A stretch of DNA of 64,000 bases, taken from contig NC_042997.1 of assembly GCF_006345805.1 (NCBI RefSeq), positions 182,962,001-183,026,000 of the forward strand, written 5' to 3'. A program made the position numbers and the translations under genes. Shown here piece after piece: positions 51,042 through 64,000 of this stretch. The stretch is from Octopus sinensis (lineage: Eukaryota). Positions within the stretch are counted from its first letter, which is position 1. The number at the start of each line of letters is the position of its first letter. The notes under the pieces were generated by a model. That model was given only the letters and a program-made list of their open reading frames with translations, had not been told where the DNA came from and searched no databases.

Positions 51042-51756
51042 TCACTAAGCGTCCGCTACAAGCTATTAAGTGTGATTCAGTATTTAGTGGGTGGTGGTGG
51101 TGGTGTAAGGTGTATGCTTTGGCGTTGGCTGGTGTTGCTTGTACGAATTTTGCGTCTTTTCCCAGGTAAATGGGAAAAGTTGTAGACACTGCATATGCAT
51201 AATCTCTCCCGTTGAGAATATTGGCATATTTCTGTATTTCGTATGTTCCTAAATTTTGTTTATTTACAAATGGCAGATATATCATGGAGCTGTGAGGTAT
51301 ACATTCAGATTGAGGTGGACAGGGTGAGGGAGGAAGGAGTGAGTCTTCACTAATTGGAGTAGTAGTAGTGATAAGTCGCAGGAGAATAGTATGATAATGG
51401 TGATGATGGCTATCTTATGTTATTCTGAGAAAGTGAGGAATTTGAGTGGCCTGACTGTAGAGAAGAGCTGGGGACTGTGTTGTTAGTCGTCAATTGTGCT
51501 TGTCTTGAGGAGTGACTGTGGATGCTGATCTTGTTTAGTTGGGGTAAAGGTAGTAGCAGTAGAACATTATGTTAATGGTAGTCAGTTGTGGTATTCAGAG
51601 GAAATAAGAACGTGGATAGCTAGACTGTGAAGGGCTGTTGATTGTGGAGTTTAATAGGTCATCAATTATGCTAGTATTGAGGAATAGCCATGGCTGCTGC
51701 TGCTTCTGCTGTTGTCGTTGTTGTTGTTGTTGTAGAAATTACATGTATAAGATACA

Positions 51757-52027
51757 TACAGTTCTATATTTAAGAGATGAAGAATTATGTACATTATTTA
51801 CATTATTTACATTCGACGGATATTTGTCCTCATCTTCTTTGTTGTTAACAGAACGTTTCGGCTGATATACCCTCCAGCCTTCTTCGGGTGTCTCGGGGAA
51901 ATTTCGAACTTGGGTTCTCATTCCTAAGGTAGTTTTCGATGTTGTTGTTGTTGTTGTTGTTGTTGTTAGTGTTCAGGTCACTGCTTGGAATCGGACTCGG
52001 AATCTTGGGGTTAGTAGCCCTGAACAC

Positions 52028-52061
<34 letters not shown>

Positions 52062-52062
52062 T

Positions 52063-52093
<31 letters not shown>

Positions 52094-52486
52094 TAATAAT
52101 TATTAATAATAATAATAATAATAATAATTAATAATAATAATAATAATATTAATAATAATAATAATAATAATTAATAATTAATAATTATAATAATCATTAT
52201 TATTATTATTAATTAATAATAATAATAATAATAATAATAATCAATAATTAATAATAATAATAATAATAATTAATAATAATATAATAATAATAATAATAAT
52301 AATATAATAATAATAATTAATAATAATAATAAATAATAATAATAATAATTAATAATAATAATAATAATAATTAATAATAATAATAATATTAATAATTAAT
52401 AATTAATAATAACAATAATAATAATTAATATATAATAATAATATAATAATAATAATAATAATAATAATATTAATAATAATAATAAT

Positions 52487-52517
<31 letters not shown>

Positions 52518-52568
52518 TAATAATTAATAAGAATAATAATAATAATAATTAATAGAAATAATAATAAT

Positions 52569-52612
<44 letters not shown>

Positions 52613-52681
52613 TAATAATTAATAATAATATAATAATAATAATTAATAATAATAATAATATTAATTAATAATAATAATAAC

Positions 52682-52764
<83 letters not shown>

Positions 52765-52903
52765 TAATAATATAATAATAATAATAATAATTAATGATAA
52801 TAATAATTATAATAATAATTATAATAATAATAATAAATAATTAATAATATAAATAAGAATAATAATAATAATAATTAATAAAAATAAAAACAAAAATAAT
52901 AAT

Positions 52904-52986
<83 letters not shown>

Positions 52987-53156
52987 CAACAACAACAACA
53001 ATAATAACATCGAAAAATACTTTAGGAATGAGAACCCAGGTTCGAAATTTCCCCAAGACACCTGAAGAAGGCTGGAGGATATATCAGCCGAAACGTGTTA
53101 ACAACAAACAAGATGAGGACAAATATCCGTCGAATGTAAATAATATAAATAATGTA
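51757..53156. mobile_element. inverted dimer of tRNA-headed HHR-SINE (copy 3) with ~950-bp (AAT)n expansion
   Basis: Left arm carries the tail, HHR and partial tRNA head. Right arm has GACACCTGAAGAAGGCTGGAGGATATATCAGCCGAAACG; its tRNA head is lost. Confidence 0.85.
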
Positions 53157-54713
53157 GAAAATATACGTTGAAGTTTCTCAAAATGCCTGTGAGCTAATTT
53201 AAACGAGATGTGAATATGTTTGATTTATTTTGTATCTGTTTCTCCGATCGGTTATTGAGCAGTTAGAGTGTTGGCAATATAATTCAGACATAAAAGTGTC
53301 TATGTTTAGGGTTTGGGAAAGTCAAAAACTATGCATTTATAAGAATGTTGGTTACATTCTCAGACCACGTTTGTTTATTGTAGACGTATTGTGTAGCCAT
53401 GAGTCCGTGTAACGTTGATATATGGATGTGGAGGCAGAAATGCATGAATGTTTTTGAGTAAATGTGTTCAAACGTATGATATGTGTGATCTATCTATTCA
53501 TTAAATGCTGGAAAAATTTAGTGTCTCGCAAGTCTGTGACTATAGTAACATTAGGTTTCTCAATAAAATTGCACCTATCGTTGAGTTTTAAAACTAATCA
53601 TGAGGTTTTTGCAGCCACTACTAATTTATATTTGCTTCTTCACACGGCATACAAAATCGTGGATTTCGAAGATTTTTCCGTTGAATAGCTGGGTTGAGTT
53701 GAATTCTATTTCTTCAGCTACTGACTGGTCATAGCTATGAAAAACACATCTAGCACGACATAAGTCTCTTGTTTTTCTTGTGGTAATATGATGCGCATCT
53801 CTTGCTTGGGATGATATGATAGACATGGCCGGAATACCTTTAATCATATATTTGGCCAGTCAGACTAAATAATTCTATATTGAACGATTTACATTCCATA
53901 ATATGAAAAAAGTCACGATCAGAACGCTTTTGTTCAAAGGTTCGTTCGATCCGAGGTGACCGGAGCTTGGTATCAACATTTCATTCACCATTACCACCCT
54001 AATTTTCCTTATTTTCTATTTTGTCGTTCACCCACGAGAAACAAAATAATCCAACCTGTATAACACTAGGCATATAGAATAATTTATCTCATTCACTCAA
54101 CGGTGTGCTACGTAATTTTCCTCGTTTCATCAGTACAACTCGCCATTATCTTTATTGCCGTCATCTCTATAAATACCGCCAGTTTGAACCAACAAGAGCG
54201 CGCTTATACTGTCATTTGCCCTACTTGAAAAAGCAACCATATTTGGCGAACTTTCAATTTATAACATGAGTTACACTTTCAGGAAAGCCGTGAAATGATT
54301 TTGTTGAGTATATCTTCTGCCAAGGCTGAAATACAGTTTTTTGCTCTACTTTTATCATGCGACCTGTTCTTTTACTTTCACTTTTGCCACACGGCAGTTG
54401 CATTTTTGTTGCCAGCCTGCAATTACTGTTCACGAGCGATAAGGTGCTAATTCAATCGTTTTTGTTTTCTCTGAAAGAATGAAACTAGTCTTCTGCTTTA
54501 TAAGCACCCCACCTCATTAAGTGAAATAATGTATTCGATATTAATTTTTCTTCATTTTGCGTTACTTTCATTATCGTTCCCCTTATTTATTTGTTGTCGA
54601 TATATATTTTTTCGTTTATTTCTTTTCCCATCTGTTACAGTTTGTTGTTGTTTAAGACGGAAATACAAATTTTGACGATGAAACAGTAAATGTCAATAAC
54701 CTATATAGTACGA

Positions 54714-55190
54714 GGATCTTATCTGTTTGGCTGCCAAGATTTCAAAAATTAAAGTTTATTGAAAATTTTAAAATTTGGTACATTAATATAGTTTTCCAAA
54801 CTGAATTACTGGAGTTATTTCACTTTTATCAAAATTTTTTTTTTTAAGTTATAGGAGTTTAAAGTTTGATTATTTCGACCCAGTCAGGAAATGAGATTTG
54901 GAAGCTGTCATTTGTGCGTGACTGCACATTTTATCAAGATCGTGAAAATAGCACTTGTGTTTTTATATGAAACCGTAAACAAATCAACAGCAGTATAATT
55001 TAGGTTCATCTCCAGTTCTTCAAAATAAAACAGGACTGAAATAAACTCCTTAACCCATGAGTAAAGGAAAAGTACTACAGCCCTAAGAAGGGTGCCACCT
55101 TCAAACCATGTGTCTTTCGTCACTGACACATACTCCATACATCCTTGGCGCATACATCGCCAATAAAAAGGTTTTGGTGCTCTCAATATA
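54714..55190 (-). mobile_element. Merlin transposon relic (terminus plus transposase N-terminal fragment)
   Basis: GGATCTTATCTGTTTG terminus resembles the MITE TIRs. WRCMRQGCMEYVSVTKDTWFEGGTLLRAVVLFLYSW...ELEMNLNYTAVD matches the Merlin N-terminal pattern. Confidence 0.75.
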
Positions 55191-56080
55191 TGTAAATGAT
55201 TCCAAATGTAAACTAAAATAATTTAAAATGTAAACAATAATAAACCATAAAATTATTTTTTATTTTTCAAAATGAAACAAAACAAACAGTAAGATGGAAA
55301 ATAATGTTTATTTTTGTATACTTCCACTTTATTTATATTCAAAAGTTTTCTCCGTTTTTTTTTTTATTTAATTGCAATGTTTTCAATAATATTGTTAAAA
55401 TTAATTTTACGTAAAACGTCTGCTTCTATACTTAGTAGAGATAAGGCATTACTAATATTATTTTAGCAAGTTTAAAGTGATTTCTATCGTGCCGTAAACC
55501 CTTTTCATATCTGTAGTGCCCCCGTCCCTTGATGCCCTAAGCACGTGATTATTTTGCTTAATTGTTAATCCAGCGATGCTTCTACGTGAAGTTCTTCTGA
55601 AATTCCGTGGTCGATCCTCTTTGACGGATGTAATGTTTAAAATATATATGCAAAATAGTATAAATCTCCACAGATATTGAAGAAAACAAGGCAACCTCAC
55701 AAGTACGCACACACATACACACATACACATGTATGTTAATCTATACATGCATACACACACGTATGTAAGTCTATGCATATATGTGTGTATGCATACATAC
55801 ATACGCACTGAGACACACCAGAGAGACCTTGTGATGCTTGTCTTACTACTTCAGCGACGAAATCATTCGTTTGATAATTATTTCCCCGTGACATACCATC
55901 TCTGCTATGAGGGCCACACAACTCGACAACTCTCTGTACTCAGTATAGCTTTACACAGAGGTTCTTCAGAGAACTCACTTTTACTCTTCCTTAACTTCTC
56001 ATTAACTCAGCCACTAAATTTCTACATGCGCATCAGCACCTCACACAATCATGACAAAAAAGCACCATTCTTTCTGCCTA

Positions 56081-56590
56081 CAGTGGTCCCTCGTTTATCG
56101 CGGTAGATTGGTTCCGAGACCGGCCGCGATAGCTGAATTTCCGCAAAGTAGGGACACCATATTTACAGTATTTATTTAACGTGTATTTGGACTTTTAAAA
56201 CCCTTCCTGTACTGTTAACAACCCACCCATTACAGTAGTCTATTAATAACAAGGACAACTGTTAAGCAATAATACTTTAGATTTTAAAAAAATAAAGATT
56301 GTTACTGTACTCAACACGAAAGAAGTTGAAGTAAAATTTGAATGATGATGGTGATGAATTTGCTACGCAGTAGAAATGATGACGATGAAGCTGACGGCGG
56401 TTCCCTTTCCAGGGACACTTCTTCCACTTCTTCCGAAGGTGAAACCGTAGTAGTAGAAGAGCATATACTCGAAATGTCATAAACATTCCTACTTTCTTAA
56501 TAATTTAACTGAGTGTCAGACTTTGTTTTTACTTTGTATTCCTCGTTGTCAAACTCATCGTTGATTCTGAATCTCTGTCTCTCACTTTCA
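56081..56590 (-). mobile_element. pogo/Tigger transposon terminal fragment
   Basis: TA|CAGTGGTCCCTCGTTTATCGCGG TIR; acidic C-terminal relic on the minus strand. Confidence 0.7.
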
Positions 56591-59462
56591 ATCTCTCCCT
56601 ATACATGCGCCTGTGTGTGTATGTGTGTGCATGTAAGGTATCTGTGTGTATATGTGTAATGTATGTATGTATATGTACGTGCGCACGTGTCTGTGTACGT
56701 TGGTGTGGACTGATACGTTGTGTTCCTCCTCTTTATGCAAAGAGTAACTTAGCCATATGATGCTAAATAACAATGTAATGTGTAATAGACTGAAATTAGT
56801 ACAAACGTCAATATGATCCACTAAAAATTCTTGAAGGTGATGGCCATGTATGGCTGTAATCCAATAATGAAATCCAGAGAAAAATATATGCAAATATCAG
56901 TAAACTTATTTCAGTAAAATGCTTATTAGAAGCATTATATAAAGGTATACACACAAGTATCCTCCCCCACACACATTACATGTACATATATACATATGTG
57001 TGTATGTATGACTAGTGAAAGCGAAAGTATTTTTTTATTTGTAAAGCAGTTATCGAGAAAACTCAATAGAAGTATAAATAATCTTTGAAGCGATAATGAT
57101 ATCTGAGTTCATCTACGAGGAAGAAACCTTTGAAAACAAAATCAAGCCATATATAGAAATAAATTTTCTCGTGATAGATTAACGAAACACACACACAGAC
57201 ATTTAAACACACACACACACACACTCATACGTGTACACACACACGCGTGTGCACAAACACGCGCATACGTAAGCAACACACACACACACACACACTCGCA
57301 CGTGTACACACACGCGCGCACAAACACACATACACGCAAACACACACACACATACACACAAACACGCCCACACACATTCAAAGGATTCATTAAGAATCGA
57401 GACATCAATGTGTAAGATGCCTCAATTGGCTAAATAGAATCACACAGAGCAAACGGTGAAGCAATCAATCATTATAGGCATCAGTTATACCCACTGGATA
57501 CAGTTGTTAGGTAATTCTCAATTCCATTTATTTACAAATGATCCAATTCCTCGGTGAAACCTTGGTGCAGCGTAAGTATGTAAAATAACTGACGGCAATT
57601 GCTTCGGTAAAAATTTATTTCATGAAATCGTAAGAGATTACATCATAAATGTCCAACCTCATCAGGCGTTATTTAAACTTAGTCAACCATGACATGTCCT
57701 ACTTATTTCAGCTAATGAAGTTGGGACATTAATATGTAAACAAGTTCAAGAGCTGTCAATCAACAAAGACACAGATTAAAGAATAGAAGAAAAATATTTT
57801 AGTTTATGGTCTCACACAGATATCAGAAAGAAACCAAGACTATTACAGACAAAACGGCGTCAACGTATACATTAATCGCTCATCATAATATGAGGCAGAT
57901 ATTTTGGTCAGTTCAACGAAGACACATTTTATTATATATAAGAGTAGAAACAAGTTGGCATTTTATAAAGTTTAAAGATTGATTTATGAAGTTTGGATAT
58001 TAATGTAGATCTGGTGTTGCTACCTGCATGCAACATAATTATATTCCAATTACTGATACCGTATTAACAATATTTATCCACCACTAGTACTATGTAATTG
58101 TAGAGATAACAGTAAATGCTCTCTTAACAATATATGCCTAAGTAGAAATATTGTTTAGAGATATGATGTCCATACTAGCACAAATACATTTACTTACATA
58201 GGCTACGCATCTCATTCGTGTAAGCGTCGATTATATAACCATTTTCATACTTTTAAGAAAAGGGGTAAAACTAAAGTGACGTCACTAGCTACAAAAATCT
58301 GAGAATTGAAAGATGATAATATTGAATTCCATATTACCTGAAACTTTGTAAAACACGCCATGCCTTATACAAATCATAGGTATGGCAGTAAACTATGTTG
58401 CACCAAATTATTATAAATCCTTGGTGTCCTGGGAAGTTCACAATAAGTCTAATGAATTTGGACTGTAATGGTCACATCACAGTACAAACTAATTTTTTTT
58501 ACCTGTTAGCTAGATCGTTTGCGGGTTTTATGCTATTAGTTTTTCTAGCCTTAGGTATTTTCCCTCTATAAATTTAATTGATTAGGCTACTTCTCATTAC
58601 TGTAGTATTACGAATATTCTAAATTTAGCATTTCCCGTAGCCTTTACACATAATGAATAATGTACACTTTAACTTTAATTCAGATATTCAAAACTATCTG
58701 AATAGTTGCGTCACACACATATACCACTGATTTACCATGGTTCTATCATAGTTTAGATCTAGACAGTCATTTCATAGTATGATACACTGTATCAAACGAA
58801 CATTCCCGATTCTAGTGCTAACTCTTAGTTTGTGGCGTGTGTTCATCAATCTGTGTCGGTTTTTATCATATTGGCTTTATATTAGACGTTTATTAGACCA
58901 GGGTATAATTTCTTCTTTTCTTATGTACGTTTGTATGCTTCTATGTATGTGCGTATGAACGTTTATGTGTGTATGCATGTGTGTGCATATGTATATACAT
59001 ATGTGTGTGTGTAAGAGCATTCTGTCTCTCTGCCTATCTGTCTGTTTGTCTTTCAGTATGCATGTATGTATGTATGTGTATGATTGTGTATATGTATATG
59101 TATGCATATATACATTTATATCTGTGCCTGTGTGTATGTGTGTGCATATGAATATATACGTATATATGTGAGGTTGTGTATATAAGTATCAATGTATGTA
59201 TGTATGTATGTATGTATGTATGTATCTATGTGTATGTATGTATGTATGAATGCGTGTATGAATGTAGATCTATATGTGTATGATTGTGTATATGTATATG
59301 TATGTATGCATACATACATTTATATCTGTGCGTGTGTGTATCTGTGCATATGAATATATACGTATATATGTGAAGCTGTGTATGTATGTATGTATGTATG
59401 TATGTATGTATGTATGTATGTATGTATGTATGTATGTATGTATGTATGTATGTATGTATGTA

Positions 59463-60013
59463 TGTGGTTGTCCTGAAGGTTCCTGCCGATTTATAGTAGC
59501 TTACCTTTCGACTTATTCTAGAACATGGTTGAGTCCATAAAATAGGATTTAACTACACCTCCATTTAGAGCACAGTTTAAGCTATCTTTTCGTGGAAGAA
59601 GATTTATGTTCCTATAACCTGTGTTAATTCTGTAACCCTTTAAAATGGAAGATAAGGAAGTTCATTTTCGGCACTTGATGCTTTGGGAACCAGACAAAAA
59701 TTGCGGCAGCTCGGCTGGGATATGTAACCCCACCCTCCATATTCACCAGATATTGCTCCTTAGGATTTCCACTTATTCAGGTCTCTGCAGAATAGTCTTG
59801 ATGGTAAAAATTTCAATTCCTTGGATGACGTAAAAAGATACCTTGATGAACCACCTCAATTCTGGGAAGAGGGTATTTTCAAGTTAAAGGAAAGATGGAG
59901 ACGCATTGTGTAACAAAATGGTTCATATTTAGTTGATTAAAAATGTAATGGCAAGTATTTATTGACCATTTTCTTTCCTTTAAAAATCGGCACGATCTTT
60001 CCGAACAACCCAA
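59463..60013 (+). mobile_element. internally deleted mariner
   Basis: TIRs GGTTGTCCTGAAGGTTCCTGCCGATTT / AAATCGGCACGATCTTTCCGAACAACC. MEDKEVHFRHLMLW is joined to TRQKLRQLGWD..PHPPYSPDIAP.DFHLFRSLQN. Confidence 0.9.
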
Positions 60014-60376
60014 TATGTATGTATGAGTTTCAATCTAGTGCGTACATGTTAAGTATAGGAGAGTGTGCTTGTGTATGCCAGTGTGTATTTTTATATATAA
60101 TAATATGAATTTATCCCGTTAAACTGACTAAAATATCTGCCCTATATTATGATGAACGTCTAATGTATACTTTGATGCCGTTTTATCTATAATTGTCTTA
60201 GTTTCTTTCTGCTATCTTTGTGTCCGACTATAAACTAAATTATATTTTTCCTTTCTTCAATTTGTGCCGTAGTTGATTGATAGCTCTTTGAACACGCTCA
60301 CTTGTTTATATATTCGTATCACATGTTCACTAGCTGAAATAATTAGGCTATGTGATAGTTGAATAAGTTTGAATGG

Positions 60377-60448
60377 TGCCTGATGAGGTTGGAGCTTACA
60401 TCATAATATGGTGTAATCTTTTATGATATTACCGAAACAATTGTCGCA
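60377..60448 (+). ncRNA. type-I hammerhead ribozyme in a PLE-like terminal repeat relic (~60095-60482)
   Basis: TGC-CTGATGA-GGT...ACC-GAAA-CAATTG-TC-GCA; palindromic stem III, GUC triplet. Confidence 0.75.
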
Positions 60449-60534
60449 AATTTAAATCTCCACTCGTCTGTTATTTCACATGTATATGTATGTATGTGTG
60501 TATGTATGTATATGTGTGTGTCTATATATGTATA

Positions 60535-61690
60535 TAAAAAAATAATACAAAAAAATGGGAGAAGAACTCAAAACATCCAAACAGTTAGATGATACAAAAA
60601 GGGGGCAACAAAACATCCAGATAGATGATACAAAAGAGGGAAGAAAAAAAAACAAGGACGTGTCATCCGGAGTTTTTTTTCGTCAGTCGAGTTCAGATTA
60701 TCTCTGCAATTTTGGCTGGTTATACTCGAGATTGCTCCAATCTGGCCAACCCCAAGGAAAATGTAAGCTAAGAGCATTAGATTCATTGGAAGAAAGCAGC
60801 GAATGTATACGAAAACAAGAGCAGAAAAAAAAACAGAGAAATGGTACACAAATACAAATAATAGGACATTAACAACAGGTGTATTTCGACTAAGGACGAA
60901 TTAAATTAAGCTGGCGTGTGTGGAAGTGAAGCCTTACGGCAGGAACATAAGAGATGACAGGCATGGGAAGGAGTATAGATGTTGCACAGATGGTAGTCGA
61001 ACCAAGAAAGAAAGGTCATGCTTGGCTGAACACCGGTCATGTGGAAGGAGATGGGTCGGCCAAGCCTTACCTCCCTTTCTTGGTTCGACTACCATCCGTG
61101 CAAAATCAGTCAAAGCATGTCTGGAGTTTTTCCGTTGAAGTCTTCTTTAAATATAGTTTGGTATAGAGTTCAAGAGGTAGCGAGAAAGAGAGGGGATGTA
61201 GTTGTCTATTGTCAAAAAAAAATCTCTGTGGATTCCTGTCGAAGGAGTGGCTTGAAAAATTTATTGAATGAATTTTATGTCCAGCTCTGTGTGTGTGTGT
61301 GTGAGGGGGAGGTTGTGTTGAATGTCCTTTCAATATGCCTGGAATGTGATCAGCTATGTGTTATGGGTGTGTATGTTGTGGTGAATGTCTTGTTAAAAAA
61401 AGAATTAAGATTTTCCTTCTATTTGGTGTGTGTGGGTTTGAACTGCGATTTTTTTCTTTTGAGTGTCTCCAGCTACGTGTATGTGTGTGTGTGCGCATGT
61501 GATGTTTTCTTTTGGGTGTCTCTAGGTGCGTGTATGTGTGCGTGTGTCATGTTTCCTTTTGGGTGTTTCCAGGTGTGTGATGTGTGTGGTGTGTGTGTGC
61601 TTTTTTGCAATGTTTTCTTTTGTGTGTATGAGTGCATGTGTGTGTGTGTTTGTGTGTGTGCAAACGTGTGTGTGTCTGTGTTTTCTTGCA
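60535..61690 (-). mobile_element. probable Penelope-like element 3' region
   Basis: Minus-strand relic PLLRQESTEIFF...SPLFL resembles a GIY-YIG C-terminus; structured UTR with a long hairpin. Confidence 0.45.
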
Positions 61691-61694
61691 AATA

Positions 61695-61857
61695 TCGACC
61701 CCAGGACTTATTCTTTGTAAGCCTAGTACTTATTCTATCGGTCTCTTTTTACGGGGACATAAACACACCAGCATCGGTTGTCAAGCGATGTTGGGGGGGA
61801 CAAACACAGACACACAAACATATACACACACATACATACATACATACATACATACAT

Positions 61858-61896
<39 letters not shown>

Positions 61897-62057
61897 CGTC
61901 GGGCTTCTTTCAGTTTCCGTCTACCAAATCCACTCACAAGGCTTTAGTCGGCCCGAGGCTGTAGTAGAAGACACTTGTCCAAAGTGCCACGCAGTGGGAC
62001 TGAACCCGGAACCATGTGGTTGGTAAGCACTTACCACACAGCCACTCCTGTGCCTAT
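61695..62057 (-). mobile_element. tRNA-derived SINE (9936 family)
   Basis: Head TAGGCACAGGAGTGGCTGTGTGGTAAG...GGTTCAGTCCCACTGCG on the minus strand; internal microsatellite. Confidence 0.85.
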
Positions 62058-63195
62058 ACATATAAGAAAATGCACTATTCCTTTTGCTTTGCAGTTAATT
62101 AATTCCAAAGTATATTATTAATTCCAAAATATATTATTACGGTTAAATCATTTCAAAATACAATACTATATTACCACAATCAAATTAATTTAAGATTACA
62201 TTCAAATAATTTCAATATACATTATTAATCACCCCAAAGAATATAATTGCAAAAGGCATAATTAAATATTTCAACGTACATAATTACAAACCAATTTCAC
62301 TTCCTGCAGAAGTTAGTCATTGCAATGCATGTATGTAATTGTTTGCTACTAACTTTCATTTAATATAGTGCCTACCGGAAGCAGGCGCATCATAGACGCA
62401 TAACGAAACAAGGGAGGTAATATATATGTTTGTACTCTCAAATTATATGTTTGTGCACTCAAATTAAGTAGAGATGTTAATTTTTGTTAACTATTCAAAA
62501 ACATGAGGGAAATATATTTTATAAATATTACTAAATGAATTTAAAATAGGTGTGAGCAATTGATTAATAATCTAAACTTGGTTTATATTATACAGTATAA
62601 AATGTTTCTTGAATGGTTTTTTGTTTTGTCATATTTCCGGCACTTTAATGTAATGAGAATTGTTTAAAATTTGGGTGCTGAGTTCTTTCACGTCTATCTA
62701 AATGCTCCGGGTCGAATTCTCTTGTGTTCGGATCATGTAGTTACTGTCAATGAACTGCCATGCATTTTCTAGGTGACACAGGTTTGGCCGATATAATTTT
62801 CCCCAGACCAAGATATGAATTAAGTTTTCTATCTTTTATTCTAGATTCGTCTAGTTTTGTAAGTGGAACTTGGAGCCTTCGGTTATATTAACCTAAATTC
62901 CACAACTCGATGTTCCTTATTTTTTTAACGTCGTCACTCATTAAAAGTTTCTTTAATGAATGTGGTAAGCTGTTTCACAATACATATTTCACATTCCGCA
63001 ACGATTTGATTGTAATGATATACTTTAGAATTAATAAACTCTGTGTGTGTGCGCGCGCGCGCGTATGTAAGTCAATATGCGAGCATGCACGTAAACATTA
63101 CCAATGTCACATACTTAATGCATATCTTTTGTTTATACGGTTATTAACTGCACGATTTCGCCCAGGAAAATACCTTTATGACGTCAAATATTTAA

Positions 63196-63431
63196 AAGGC
63201 GGCGAGCTGGCAGAATCGTTAGCACGCCGGGCGAAATGCGTAACCGTATTTCGTCTGCCGTTATGTTCTGAGTTCAAATTCCGCCGAGGTCGACTTTGCC
63301 TTTCATCCTTTCGGGGTCGATTAAATAAGTACCAGTTACGCACTAGGGTCGATGTAATCGACTTAATCCGTGTGAGTCTGTCCTTGTTTGTCCCCTCTAT
63401 ATTTAGCCCCTTGTGGGTAGTAAAGAAATAA
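63196..63431 (+). mobile_element. Nin-like tRNA-derived SINE
   Basis: Full copy similar to 4944-5176, with more CpGs intact. Confidence 0.88.
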
Positions 63432-63448
63432 ATATTTAAAAGACACTG

Positions 63449-63835
63449 AATACCTCAAAATCAGACGAAACGAATTACCCCATCGGTGTACGAGAATAGT
63501 GGATATCGATATTTCGCTCGGCATAGTATATTCGAATCACCACGAAACGAATTCGAAAAGCTGATCTGAAGTATATATGCAGGTAGTGAAGTATACAAGC
63601 AACAGCGTTGCATAAGTAAACCAAAATTAAAATTTGAATTAGAAATAACTGTAATCATATAAATATTATTAATGTAAATATTATTATTAATAGCTGCGGA
63701 ATTTTATCCGGAGAATCAAGACGTCTAGGTGACTCGAGTATACGGTGCCAATGAGCTGAATTAACAACGAAATATTGATATTCACCGATCTGTTTCACCT
63801 ACGGTGCGATTCGTTTCGTCTGGCTTTGAGGTATT
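63449..63835. mobile_element. palindromic MITE
   Basis: AATACCTCAAAATCAGACGAAACGAAT ... ATTCGTTTCGTCTGGCTTTGAGGTATT imperfect long TIRs. Confidence 0.7.
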
Positions 63836-64000
63836 TGGGATTTCTAAAACTTCACTTAAAAGTACTTTCCCTGAACGAAATACAACAGCTTTAATAAGAG
63901 TATAATAAAATATATACGTTAAATATGTGACATTGGTAATCAATACAGACACATCGGTACATTATTAGAGCTGCTTTTGTTTACATATGTGTGTGAGTAT

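Noticed and set aside
57480-57780. Possible plus-strand exons (GTAAGT donor ~57572, TTTCAG acceptor ~57711)
   Set aside because: Short, stop-containing frames with no recognisable protein; insufficient support.
61039-61947. 302-aa ORF
   Set aside because: Runs antisense through repeat relics, (GT)n tracts and a SINE; Cys/Val bias comes from dinucleotide repeats.

Overview
AT-rich, microsatellite-dense metazoan DNA. The SINE, RTE and MITE repertoire looks cephalopod, most likely Octopus; this is inferred from recognising the repeats, not from a database search. No intact host protein-coding gene can be supported. The window is a mosaic of decayed transposable elements: hAT, three mariners, Tigger, Merlin relics with Merlin-like MITEs (8-bp TSDs, internal TTAGGG-like tracts), a Helitron Rep, RTE and CR1 LINE fragments, several tRNA-derived SINE families and Penelope-like elements (PLEs). 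The most striking theme is an ecosystem of small hammerhead-ribozyme (HHR) elements. (i) Three copies of a tRNA-headed, (AAT)n-linked, HHR-bearing SINE-like element occur as head-to-head inverted dimers with an asymmetric ~33-nt tail; one has a perfect 12-bp TSD. (ii) A ~397-nt circularly permuted retrozyme-like unit sits inside a Helitron intron. (iii) A GIY-YIG PLE relic has inverted HHR-bearing termini. (iv) One candidate HHR has the rare G3-C8 core swap. Coordinates were read by eye and may be off by a few bases.
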